Source: Octopus bimaculoides (lineage: Eukaryota). From it: DNA of 64,000 nt. Positions 13,610-25,854 of the stretch are shown one piece after another; the first letter of the stretch is position 1; each line of letters begins with the position of its first letter. The position numbers and the translations under genes were made by a program. The stretch spans positions 136,769,142-136,833,141 of the forward strand of contig NC_068983.1 in the NCBI RefSeq assembly GCF_001194135.2, given 5' to 3'. The notes beneath the pieces were generated by a model. That model did not search any database. It was not told the origin of the DNA and saw only the letters and a program-made list of their open reading frames with translations.

Positions 13610-14667
13610 CAGTGTGTCCCAAAATTAAGGCAACCAACTTTTATCAAGTTTGCCAAAGCAAAGTATTGTTATATTTTGGTCTGAGCATTGCAATGCAAGA
13701 GTAAAGGAAAGACAATTATGATACTACCACATTTATTCGATATGACCACCTCTGTTTCGAATCACAGCCTTAAATCTAGGTGTGAATGTTTCATATATGG
13801 TACACAGCTGTTCTTGCAGAATTGAAGCCCATTCCTCATGCAGTTTTGCTTTTAGAGCATCGAGCAAAGCATGAATAGTGCTTGAGACCCTTGTCTCCAA
13901 AATGGACCAAACAGAAAAATCCAACAGGTTGGGATCAGGACTTCTTGAAGGCCAAACATCCTTGCCTATGAACAATGGAATGTTTTTCTGAATCCACTGT
14001 TGTGTCTGTTTGGAGCTGTGGGATGGTGCCAAGTTCTATTGGAGGCTCCAAGGTGTGCCTTGAAAGTGCTCATTCATCCATGGAAGCAGTTCAGCTTCCA
14101 GAATGTCACTAATGTATCGCTGGGTGTTAATTTTAACACCCAACAACCCAAAAATGAGAAGAGACCTTCCAGTAGCTGTCACAACTGCCCAAACCATAAC
14201 TGATTGTGGATTTTGACATCAATTTACATCAAGTTGGGCAGTGTGCCTTCAGCAATCTGACGCAGGATAAGATGACTTCTCTCCAGTCTCATGGCCTTAT
14301 AAACTTGCATGAGCTCATGATAATGGATCATCTTGTAGAGGTGGGTCCTGAGATCCTCCTTCAACACTCAGTACATCGATATTCTGCTTATTTTTGCTAT
14401 GGCAGCCGACAATTTTCCAGACTGTTGTTTGGTCAATTATAAGCTTTTTTTGCTATAGCTATATTACTTTGACTTCCTTTGTGGAGGATTATGATTGTAT
14501 TTCAGTCTATAGCTATTATCTAATTTATAAATCTGAATTAATTTAGTCTGAAACAAAAAGAAGACTCACTAAGCTTTTATAAAGATGTATAATTTTCATA
14601 TCTTATTACATTTATTGATAGCTATTAAAGCCCAAAATTTTGGTTGCCTTAATTCCTGAACACCCTG
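13610..14667 (-). mobile_element. Internally deleted maT/mori (DD37D) Tc1-mariner transposon
   Basis: 28-bp TIRs (cagtgtgtcccaaaattaaggcaaccaa versus cagggtgttcaggaattaaggcaaccaa), TA on both sides. Transposase C-terminus WPSRSPDPNLLDFSVWSILE...GGHIE, with 37 residues between the decayed second Asp (now Asn) and the third Asp. Confidence 0.9.
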
Positions 14668-14671
14668 TATA

Positions 14672-14774
14672 TATAGATGTTTTCGATCTAGTTTGGATTC
14701 TTTGCCATCAAATTTGATTGCAAAGAATTCAAATTTGATGGTAAAGAATCCAAACTAGATCGAAAACATCTATA
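14672..14774. repeat. Near-perfect 46-bp inverted repeat with 11-nt loop
   Basis: 14672-14717 pairs with 14729-14774, with a single G-T pair. Confidence 0.95.
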
Positions 14775-14819
14775 CAACTGCCTTAAAATAATAAAATCCT
14801 TAGAGCGGGCAAGTTCTGA

Positions 14820-15017
14820 GGTTGCAATCTGGCATTGGAATAAGTGGTGACTGGATGTGTACACCCTGTAAAGTGGTTGCCATTAGGAAGGGCATCCTGT
14901 TGCAAAAACCATACCAAAGCAGATTAGAAAGCAACATGGTCCTCCAACTTTTTGGACCTTATCAAACTGTCCAACTTGTGCCAGTATGGAAAGGAGGCAT
15001 TAAATGACGGTGATGAT
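14820..15017 (+). mobile_element. RTE LINE/SINE 3' tail fragment
   Basis: ttaggaagggcatcc...gcc-agtatggaaaggaggcattaaatgacggtgatga, the same tail family as 9956-10250. Confidence 0.7.
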
Positions 15018-15048
15018 ATCTATCTACCTATCTATCTATCTCTGACTG

Positions 15049-15164
15049 ATTGAATAAGATATTCTAATATATTTATCTTCACACAATTTTACAAACCCTG
15101 AATTATGTATATATAATTCGGGATTTGTAAAATTGAACAGATATATTAGAATATCTTATTCAAT
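15049..15164. repeat. 116-bp foldback element
   Basis: attgaataagatattctaatatat / atatattagaatatcttattcaat (24 bp perfect) plus an inner stem aattttacaaa...tttgtaaaatt. Confidence 0.9.
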
Positions 15165-15717
15165 AAATTCCAACATCATCTCATTTTCACATTTTACTTT
15201 TGCATGTTTTACAATTTTAGAGAGAGAATATGAGGTATATACATATTTGAGGAGGTCTCTTATGTCTATGCCTAAAGATGGATGAGAGGGAAGGGGATTG
15301 AGTGTTTTTTAGTGTGTCAGATTGGTTAGTAGCATCCCTAGTTACACTAGAAGTAATTTTTGATTAATAGAAGGGATCCACTATCATCCTTAATCATATC
15401 AGTGGAAGAGTACAGGGAAATTGAGGAGAGTGATCAAGAGATGAGTGATAAAGTCATAAGCAATAAGCATGAGTGATAGTGGCTAATCAGCTGATAGAGT
15501 GATGAGAGGTAATGGCATGTGATAGGTGTATTAGAAAGATCCAAGACTATTGAAGATGCTAATAATGTAGACTTGATGGTATACATATATACACAGATAT
15601 ATACATACATATACCTGCACATGCACAAATACTAAGACATGCACACATGTGCATATGCATCCATACATATCTACATACAAATATATAACTAAAGATACAT
15701 GCATGTATATATATATA

Positions 15718-15766
<49 letters not shown>

Positions 15767-16457
15767 CACTTTAGCATATCATACATTATAATCTAGTAAA
15801 TTGACCTGATTTTCTGTAACTTTGGCTGGGTCATATTCTTTGAATGTTGCATTGCATATATTTGATTTTTACTGAATTCTTCAATTTCTTAATCTTGACA
15901 TGTTTTTGAATGCCACTCTAAAATTATGAAATTTAATTATAACCATTTTATCTTGTTGAAAAAATATCATACACAAAAACCTGTTTCATATTTTTATATA
16001 ATTATAATTGTAAATCTAATTTGATATTGCATTGTACATAATTAATATGTTTATTACTGTTAAATATTTGAGCATACCAATTGCTAAATCATAATTGCTA
16101 ACACTAATGCATGTAACACTCTAAAGAAGAAAAGTTTTTCATTGCATTTTGGCTGGACTGATCTTAAGCACCTGCCATTAATCTTTTTCTCATTTATCTT
16201 TTTTAAACTTCACACATTAAGGAATGATTTTATCTTTACAAATATTGCTAATAATTAGTTTTTATGGACTCAAAAATATATAGGTTTCTGTTTAATATCT
16301 AGCTAAACTGATTAGTGAGTATCTTGAAATTAATTGCATATACTCTGGTATTTAAAATAAGGCTGGGCCTTTTTTTATTATTCTCTGTCTCTTTCTCCCT
16401 TTTTTTTTTTCACTTCTTTTTTCTTACATTCTCCATCTTTCCTTTCTCACTCTCTAG

Positions 16458-16510
16458 GTGAAAGCAATTGCAATCCTACATGTTTCTGTTCACCTTCCAT
16501 TAGTGAAAAG
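16458..16510 (+). CDS. Putative 53-nt alternative Cav1 microexon B (VKAIAILHVSVHLPLVK)
   Basis: Very strong polypyrimidine tract ending ctctag; donor AAG|GTAACA; open in phase-0 entry and exits in phase 2. No homology support. Confidence 0.35.
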
Positions 16511-17839
16511 GTAACAGAAATTTAGGAGATAGTTACGTATCTAGAGAGGAGAGACATTTGTTTCTTGTCTGTTTAGAGCTACAGAAATCAATTTAAACTC
16601 TAGCTCTCTTCATTCCTGGTTTTCTTTACAAAGATTGCTTATGTCACCTGAAACCCATATTCTGAAGACAGTGATTAAGTAGGAGCCAAAATTTTTTTCT
16701 TTATATTGAAGGCCATGAAATTAAGTAAAATATTGCATCCAAAATCAAAAATATGTTAAAAGAATGGCAGCAGGATTAGTTCTGATGAAGATGATCTCAA
16801 TTATCTGTCAACTAAAAGATGTTCAATTTATTTAATTCTTTCTAAGTATTTTCTTTATAAGAAATTTCCAAACAAGCATTTAACAAGTGGCAAAGGATTG
16901 TTGTTTTTCATATTTTTAAACTAAGTGGAGATATAGGGACCCCTAGTTCTCACTGTTGATTCTTTATCAAATGTCATATGTGTCTGTAACTGCCCTTAGT
17001 TTAAAATATATAAAAGAATAAGTACTCATTATTTGATTAAAGTTTTTTCAACAAATTTATTATTTAAGTCTTTAACAGTTTGTAATTCAGAAAGAATTGA
17101 AAACAAATCCACTTGGCTTAAACTTTTAGTATGGTATAGGTGTGGTTGATTTATAGGGAAAAATCAATACCAGTTAACTATATATTTTTTCATTTGTTTT
17201 GTTAAAGAAATGAAATTGAGCAAAATTAGGGAGGTCATGATGAAGTTTGGTAAGATTCAGTGAAGATGTACGATAATGCATAGCTAAAGATGGTCCCTTC
17301 TAAATTATGGTGTTATTCATAGACAAGTTTGGTAACAGACTGTAGAATAATTTTTAAATCTATGAAAGTGTACCATATTTATGCGTATATGAAGATAAAT
17401 CTATAAGTTTTATGTATTGCAATGTTTATAATTTCATCACTAGTAAACATTATGCAAGTTTGGCTGAGTACAACAAAATTGCCATGTTTACTAACTAGAG
17501 TAAGGAAACTAGAATCTTTTTTACAGGCAGAAAAATAACATTCTAAAAATTCAACACTCTAAGAATATACCATTAATGTAATGGTCTTCAGTTTTTGATA
17601 TCAGTACCAAATAGATAATACAAATAGATGGTGGCTATGTTTTTTTTTTACATAAAGAAACAAATTGATCACACAATCAAACCTTTCCAAAATCATTCAC
17701 ATCCAATCTCATAGATTGACAATAAAAATCTGTTTTCATTGAAGAAATGTCATCCACCAGAAAATGCTCTGATCACCCTGCTAAAAAAAAACCCCAGTTA
17801 AACAGCTTCTTGATAACTAATGTTGACGTATGTTTACAG

Positions 17840-18142
17840 TGAACACTCTTCTGTCGAGGTTGACTCTGTTCTTGACAACGAACAGGGTCTCGGAAGCAGG
17901 CCGAGTGAAGTTCAGGATTCAGACACTGAGAGTATTCCAATGCGAACGGTCGTAAGCGATCTCAGTCAGAATGTACAACCCCAGTCAGATCATGCAGCTG
18001 GGGTCAGTGACCCTGACCATGGCTCCGACCAGATATCTGATAAATTTTCAGACAAAGTGTTGTTTGATCACATGCCTGATCGTGTTCCAGTAACTCATCC
18101 AGGCCCTCCAGACAAAAAGCAGGACATATATGTATATAGAGA
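17840..18142 (+). CDS. Cav1: Cav1 acidic linker exon ((S)EHSSVEVDSVLDNEQG...KKQDIYVYR), 303 nt, symmetric phase 2/2
   Basis: Acceptor tttacag; donor GTAAGT at 18143; 100 open codons with coding-like GC; phases fit both neighbouring exons. Confidence 0.8.
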
Positions 18143-18458
18143 GTAAGTATATTGGCCATTGGTCATTCTCCTGATATCCCACAAACCATTCTCGATTCCT
18201 GTCCAGCAAGCATCAGTGTTGGTCACCTGGAAGTGATACCTGTGTACATTATTTTTTTTTTTTTACCACAGAATAGTTATTCAGTAAAATGTTTGCAGTT
18301 TCAGTGCTTTCATTTTTTTTCTCTTTTCATATATGACCATTCACACATGCGCAAACATACATGTGTGAATATGTTTAGATATATGTTGTCCCATAAGTAA
18401 GGTGAAATTTAGATATGCTTTATAATCAAAATAATAACTGGCTTATGGGATACATTTT

Positions 18459-18459
<1 letters not shown>

Positions 18460-18546
<87 letters not shown>

Positions 18547-18694
18547 GGACAAAACTATGTGTGTGTATACATATGTATGTATATGTGTGTATGTGTGTAT
18601 AGATATATATATTTATATTTATGTATATATATATATATTATGTATATTTATATTTATGTATATATATATATATATTATGTATATTTACATTATG

Positions 18695-18726
<32 letters not shown>

Positions 18727-18769
18727 ATGTATATATATGTATATATATGTATGTATATATATGTATTTA

Positions 18770-18801
<32 letters not shown>

Positions 18802-18829
18802 GATATATATTTATATATATATGAATATA

Positions 18830-18868
<39 letters not shown>

Positions 18869-18873
18869 GTATG

Positions 18874-18910
<37 letters not shown>

Positions 18911-18921
18911 ATATATGTATG

Positions 18922-18954
<33 letters not shown>

Positions 18955-18960
18955 GCTTAT
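18460..18960. repeat. Compound (TA)n/(CA)n/(TATG)n microsatellite. Similar tracts at about 2115-2180, 3780-3870, 15700-15770, 30905-31040, 46270-46380, 48690-48910, 60490-60900
   Basis: Direct inspection; these tracts explain the spurious [12 protein letters not shown] ORFs. Confidence 0.95.
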
Positions 18961-19959
18961 ACATATTTTTTTCTGAAACTGTCTCTGCTGTCATTGTTAC
19001 TGAAAGTAGTAAAGTAGTATTTTCCATTAGTTCATTTTTATATTTTCCATCCTTTTATATTTTTTGTAACAAAACTTTGATTTAATCCATATGAATTTTC
19101 TTCAGCAATTATTGACTGATCTTTTTGTATGTTCAGCACTTTTTATTATTTATTTAACTCCATAAATGCATGTTGCATGCCTCCAGTCACTATTACCAAC
19201 ATCCAGAAAACTACTTGTCTGCTTCCACCTTCCTATTTTTTCAGTGTTTCTTCTCTTGTGATCACTATCAATGATTATTATTACTAAAACAAAGTCAGTT
19301 AAAAACATTTTGTTCACATCGTCAGTTTTGTGTGTTCATGTGTGTGTGTGTGAATTTGTGTACATTTGTGTACCTGTCTCTCATACCTGTAATTACTGAT
19401 ACATGGGCAATTACCACTAGAGCCAATATATTGTGCACCTGGGTAAGGGACATATCTCTACTTTCCATAGTTTTGTTTGGTTAATAAACAAGCTCCACTT
19501 ATTCCGTAATTCATGGTCAATAATAGGAAAATATGTTAGCAAAGGAAAAACTGTTTGACCATAACTGCATTCAGATTTGTTGACATTTACAAAATTTAAG
19601 TTGTTTCAACTGGTTTCAACATTATATAGAATTTTTTAAAATATCAAAGGTTGACAAAAATCAAGATACGAAAATGTTAGATTGGAAAATAACCAGGAAT
19701 TTTAGTATTCAATGGTTGGATCATTTGGCTGTTCTATGATAGATGGTAGGTGTTTGCTGCTAAACAAGATTTTTGTCATCTATTGGTAGGTCTAGGATTT
19801 TTCCAACTGATTTTTAACAAATTGACTGGCAGTTCTGCCATCAACACCCAGTTTGTTTAGATTTTTTTCCCCTTTTAATTTTAAAGTTTGATTTTTTTAT
19901 ATGACACTCCCCCTTTTGTACGGTTCTTAATTCTAGTGAAACAAAAGAACATTGAAAAG

Positions 19960-22210
19960 CTAGAGGCACTCAGAACAAAACTCAAACATATAACTCAAAT
20001 TATTAAGAACATGCATAATCATACTACAAATCATTGATAACTGGAAAAACTGACATTATCTCCCTATTAAGATCTTCAAATCCCACATCAAAAGCAATCT
20101 ACACATGTAAAATGTAAAATAACTGAAGTAGCCTATGTACATCACATAACTATAATACAGCAAAGCTAAATACATTGTACAATACAATATGGTATAAAAA
20201 CACCATCATCTCTCTCACACACACGACATTCACATTACAATGATACAAGAGACAAAAACTTAACCTGTGATCTCGCTTATTACACTCCAAATATGCAGAT
20301 CTAATCAAAGATTTAGTGGATGCCCCATAACATACAAGAAGTCCTGCATCTCACACATCGATATCACAAAAGAACTCAATCACTAATCCAGCAAAACAAC
20401 ATGCTAGGAAAACAAACAGTCAAGATAAAAAGCATAATAAACATATGTGTATATATCACCACCAAACCTTCCAGCCACAGTGCCAGGTTACACATCTCCA
20501 ATTACAACCATTTAACACATTCCCAAGTACCATCATGGAAGAATACAAGAAACACAACTCATCCTGATTCAAAATAGAACAGATAACACTGAGAAGACAC
20601 AATAGCGTCAGAACTAAAATCAAGAATAATTACAGTTTTATTGATAAAATCTAACAAAAGTCCAAACAGAACATCATTCCATACACCCATCTCTTCTCTA
20701 TAAACATCATTAAAATCTTGGAAGATACAGTATTGATATCACATTTTACTTTCCAGTGTAGTAATTTAAAACCACAATACAAACCAACTAGGGAATTGAT
20801 ACACAATCATTCAACCCGCTAAAGAAAGCAAACAAATTCCTTCAAATTATCATCATCATCAAACATCCGCTTTCTATGCTGGCATGGTTTGGACAGTTTT
20901 ACTGAAAACTGGCAAGCCAGGGAGCTGCATCAGGTTCCAGTCCAATTTGGCATGGTTTCTATAGCTAGATGCCCTTCCTAATGCCAACGACTTCAGGAGT
21001 TTAGTGGGTGCCTATTACATGCCACTGGCACTGGTGCCATTGACATGACACCAGCATCAGCCACGACTATGATCTCACTTGGCTTGACAGGTCTTCATAA
21101 GCACAGTATATTGCTAAAGGTCTCAGCCACTTGTCACTGCCTCCATGACACCCAATACTGAAACGGTGCTTTTTATGTGCCACTGGCATGAGTACCAGTC
21201 AGATGGCTTTGGCTTTGGCCATGACAACTACTATCTCAAAAAAGAAGGTATATATGGGCCAGTTTTGTCCTAGATGTACAAAAATAAGGAATGGTTATGG
21301 CTGAAATGCTTTTGATCATAATTCTGAACTGCCAAACAACCATATTTGCTGTTAGTTGTCATGACTATGACTGATTATGGCTTTGGCATTACTTGATAAG
21401 CTTTCTCCATACTGGTTGGTTTTTTACCATTTATTATGATCAAGGAATACCTGACAGTTTCAACAACAAAATACTCTCAGTACACACCATTTTTACTGCT
21501 ATCAATATCAGCAAAACATCTCACTCCATTCCCAACTACTCATTTTTTTACTAATCAATACTTAATACCTTGAGAGGTAATGCAAACATACAGTCTAGCA
21601 AATTATCAGGTCAGCACCAACTCATTTAGAATTTGCAATATCCTGAGTTCCAAAATAAATCCACCTTGTCACTCACTTTTTTTTTAACTTGTTCCTAGTC
21701 AATCTTCCTTACACCCCCACCAATGATATGAGTCATATCCTCCTATGGTTTCTCAAACACAGCTTCCCCAATTCTGCACCAATCACCTAGAAACCTGGTT
21801 CCAAACAGATTAAAAGTAGTATCTACCAAATTCAACTTCCTTCTTAGCAGAAACAGCAAAGAATATCAAATATAACACACACAGACAAAAATCCTTGGAA
21901 TTATACACATCTACAACCATCACAGCTCATTTAGAAGGTATAGTAAAGAAAGTAAACTAGCACTCACAGTACCATATTTTATCTATATAAACAATAAAGT
22001 GTGTTACAAACAATATGTTAGATCCATCACAGATTATACCACTTCTACTTGGGCCCCAATTTCTCTGCAGCAAATTACAACAAACAACAAAGAAAATAAA
22101 GTAACACACATTTGCATCAATGACTGCACACATGTCATATACACAGAGAAATCAAAATACTCCAAAAGGTAAGACATCTTGGACATGGAAGTGAGACACA
22201 GTTTGTTGTA
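19960..22210 (+). mobile_element. Old, decayed non-LTR retrotransposon (Jockey/I-like RT remnants), interrupted by an RTE tail
   Basis: A/C strand bias. Remnant TAINISKTSHSIP (about 21497) resembles IDISKAFDSIP; LPTP..VISSYG (about 21710) resembles LPTP..ISYADD. Many stops. Confidence 0.4.
20849..21230 (-). mobile_element. RTE 3' UTR/tail fragment
   Basis: catcatcatcaaacatccgctttctatgctggcatgg...tagatgcccttcctaatgccaac. Confidence 0.75.
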
Positions 22211-23280
22211 GCAGCAAACTCCACTCCCAACAGTTCCTATTGCTAAATAATCAACGTCAGTAACACTGTCCTGTATAGGATGCTACACTTGGTTGGCAAT
22301 TATATGTTATGGTTTCGTCACTTAGTACTGATCAATACAGATCAAACAGTTCATAAAGCTAATGAACAAGCAGAAATAACAGGGCATCTAAGATCAAATC
22401 TTGGTAAGAGAGACTTTTGTCTTTTATCCATGTAGGATCAATAAAATAAACACCAAACATGTATTGGGTAAATTCAATTATACTTTTCTCTGGAAATTGC
22501 TCCACTTCTGTCAACTTAAAAAAATCTTTATTACACAATCAACCACTTTATATTTAGTAAGAGATAAAATAAGTCCTATAACGTATTGAATTATAAAGGC
22601 TCCATTTAAGGAATTAATTTTAAAATATTGTATCTTGAGCAAGACACCTTGGTTGAAGAACCTGTCCCTTGCCGAACTATATACATGTTAGGATTTGATC
22701 AGGTCTGTTAACAAAACAATCATTTCTTATAATAAGTTACATGTGACATCAAGTTTTGAATTATATGACCTTATGACGCCTATTTGTTGCTAGTTAGTCT
22801 AGTCTTAGTATCAGATAAGTGACCTAGCTATGGATACAATGCATTGCCAAAAGCAGGATATGAATTGTCTGACTTTCTTTTGCTGATAAGAGGTAGACAT
22901 TATCTTAACTCAAGTCAGATGTGACTTAAATTCATAATCTGGGAACTGTTTTCAACTCTTTGTAATTTTCTAAAGCTTTAAGGCACCAATGACATAAAAC
23001 AGCAATTAGACATTCACATTCAAATTTGTCAGAATGTATTAAAAATGAATAAATATGGTATAGTTCGGATACTTGCTGTTCTGTGTGCACTCCATAAATT
23101 ATTTTTTAAAAATTGTTGTTTGAAAAAAATAACCTATTGTTTTCATTTATCATCTATTTTTCTTTCTTTTTAATATACTCAGATATCATTCAGATAGAAT
23201 TTATAACTTTACTAGAGAAATCACTGTTATATATTATAACATTTACTATCATATATTCTCATTGCTTTTCTATTTTTTAG

Positions 23281-23461
23281 TCTTCCCCAAGAAGACAGTG
23301 ATTATGAAAGAGAACAAACACCACCTTCTCCCCCTCCAGCTTCCAGAAAAGTCAGTAAGAGAGGTGCTTCTATCAAACTATCGTGTATAGGTAAACAGGG
23401 CAGCGATGAAAACCCCTTAGTTAAAAAGATTGCACAACCCTTAAAATTAGCCCAGAGACAG
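23281..23461 (+). CDS. Cav1: Cav1 exon ((D)LPQEDSDYEREQTPPSPPP...KRGASIKLSCIGKQ...PLKLAQRQ)
   Basis: Aligns with Cav1.2 RRASFHLECLKRQ...PLHLVHHQ. Acceptor tttttag; donor GTAAGA at 23462. Confidence 0.92.
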
Positions 23462-23933
23462 GTAAGAAAATCTTTAGCACATTTTTTCTTATATATCAAA
23501 ATTTGCAAATAGTGTGTGCATGTGTGTCTGGTTTGTATTTCAGATTTATTTGTAAATTCAACTCCTTTGATAAATGGTAAACCAAAATAATTATGGCTAT
23601 CAAATTGTTTTCATAGGACTGCCATGTTTATGAGAAATATATATATCTTCAAACAATGTATGACAAGTTAATTCATTTAGGTGAAGATGTATTAAATGAT
23701 ATATACAATGAATTTTTTTTAAAAACTAATGTATCGGAATTTGTCTCTTAGTTGAAGGAAAAGCCTAATGGTAATTGTTAAAGACTTACAAAGAAGGGGA
23801 AGTTAATTTCAAGAAATTTAATTTCCCTAAAAGTTGAATTTTTATGCTTAAGAGGAAAATACAATCTTTGTTAGTAGAGAAGGTGACAACTATCAACATG
23901 TTTTTGTTTTATCAGACCATGTCAGTATAGCAT

Positions 23934-24307
23934 GTGGAGGCGCAATGGCCCAGTGGTTAGGGCAGCGGACTCGCGGTCATAGGATTGCGGTTTTGATTCC
24001 CAGACCGGGCGTTGTGAGTGTTTATTGAGCGAAAACACCTAAAGCTCCACGAGGCTCCAGCAGGGGATGGTGACGAACCCTGCTGTACTCTTTCTCTCAC
24101 TCTTACTTCCTGTTTCTGTTGTGCTTGTAATTCAAAGGGTCAGCCTTGTCACACTGTGTCACGCTAAATATCCCCGAGAACTACGTGAAGGGTACACGTG
24201 TCTGGGGAGTGCTCAGCCACTTGCACGTTAATTTCACGAGCAGGCTGTTCCATTGATCGGATCAACTGGAATCCTCAATGTCGTAAGCGACGGAGTGCCA
24301 ACAACAA
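23934..24307 (+). mobile_element. Full-length tRNA-derived SINE with 11-bp target-site duplication
   Basis: tRNA-like head with A box (TGGCCCAGTGG) and B-box-like GTTTTGATTCC; (AAC)n tail; TSD CAGTATAGCAT at 23923-23933 and 24308-24318. Confidence 0.9.
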
Positions 24308-24407
24308 CAGTATAGCATAGTCCTTTCAAACCTGCAGTGATCAATGTACAGAGATTTTTTTTATTAGAGAAAAAGAGTTACAAAGATTTTTAGCCAGTAT
24401 GTATATA

Positions 24408-25837
24408 CAGGGGTTGGATAAAGTAATGGAAACACATTAAAATTTTAAACAAATTTATTTTAATATGGGGCAGGACCACCTTTAGCAGTAATTACAGCTT
24501 GAATTCTATGAGGTATGGACTCATACAAAGTTTGAATTGTTTCCAAAGGAATTTTTGTCCATTCTTCAGCTAAAACAGTCTCCAGTTCTTGTAGTGATAA
24601 TGGTGGAGGATATCGACTCCTTACTTGTTTTTCTAAAATGCAAAATAATTGTTCAATAATATTGAGATCTGAGGACTGTAGTGGCCAGATATGATGTTCA
24701 ACTTCACTAGAATGTCTTTGAGCCATTCAGTAACAACTTTAGCTGTGTGAATTGGTGCATTATCATCCTGAAAGATTGCATTTCCCTCCGGAAACTGTTC
24801 CGCAACCATAGGATGAATCTGATTAGATAAAAGGCTTAAATAGTTTTGAGTATTAATTCCGCCATGAAGGGAAACCATTGGGCTGGCGGATTTCCAAGAT
24901 ATAGCCCCCCAGGTCATCACAGATCCTCCTCCATGTTTGACAGTTGGAAGAAGGCAGTCTGGGTCAAATGCTTCTTTTGGCTGTCTCCACACTTATACTT
25001 GGCCAGTGGTCAGAAATAAGGTAAAGGATGACTCATCTGAGAAAATAATATTCTTCCACTGCTCTAGGGACCAATTCTGTAGGTTTTTACTCCATTCTAA
25101 ATGCTTTGCAATGTTTGTTTTTGAAAGTAGTGGTTTTCTGGTTGCAGCCCTCCTGTGAAATCCGGCTTTGTGCAGCNNNNNNNNNNNNNNNNNNNNNNNN
25201 NNNNNNNNNNNNNNNNNNNNNNNNNNNNNNNNNNNNNNNNNNNNNNNNNNNNNNNNNNNNNNNNNNNNNNNNNNNNNNNNNNNNNNNNNNNNNNNNNNNN
25301 NNNNNNNNNNNNNNNNNNNNNNNNNNNNNNNNNNNNNNNNNNNNNNNNNNNNNNGAAACTGGATTCTCAAGGTGGTCATTAAGCTCTGCAGTAATTTTAG
25401 GAGCTTTACTTTTGTGATCCTTTCTAACAATTCACATAAGAGTCTGACAGTCCCTATCTGAAAGTTTTGGTTTTCTTCCGGAGTTTTGTTTCAACGAGGA
25501 GGTTTTTCCCTCTTTCTCAAAGACTGTCATTACTTTTGAGACAGTACTTCTTGATACACCAAACATTTCAGCTGTTTTCATTATGCTAGCATCTGCCATA
25601 TGAGCACCAACAATTTGACCTCTTTGAAAGTCTGATATAGCTGTCATTTTAATGAATTTTAATTACCTTTTTTCTGATGATATCTGAAAAGAAACAGCAA
25701 TTTTATCAAAACCTATTAAGCAACACTAATAATAAATCAAAAAACATAAAGGTAAACAAGCTTTTGACGGTTTTATAGATATTTCAAAATTACGATGCTA
25801 TAATGCTAGGTGTTTCCATTATTTTGTCCAGCCCCTG
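24408..25837 (-). mobile_element. Tc1-like transposon with frameshifted transposase (contains an N gap)
   Basis: 28-bp TIRs (caggggttggataaagtaatggaaacac versus caggggctggacaaaataatggaaacac), TA flanks. Motifs MTAISDFQRGQIVG (HTH), IFSDES, GGGSVMTWGAI, FQDDNAPIH, DLNIIE. Confidence 0.92.
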
Positions 25838-25854
25838 TATGTATGTATATATAT

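Noticed and set aside
18415-19085. Long ORFs rich in YI/CV/HT (also at 3426-3886, 46149-46439, 48321-49037, 60728-61141, 62260-62468)
   Set aside because: Translations of microsatellites. ORFs containing X merely span N gaps.
23936-24010. tRNA gene
   Set aside because: No proper acceptor stem or terminator. It continues into a SINE body with (AAC)n tail and TSD, so it is a SINE head.
25177-25354. Insertion inside the Tc1 transposase
   Set aside because: The flanks (ELNDHLENPVS and LHKAGF) should be only a few codons apart; the N run is probably an overestimated gap.
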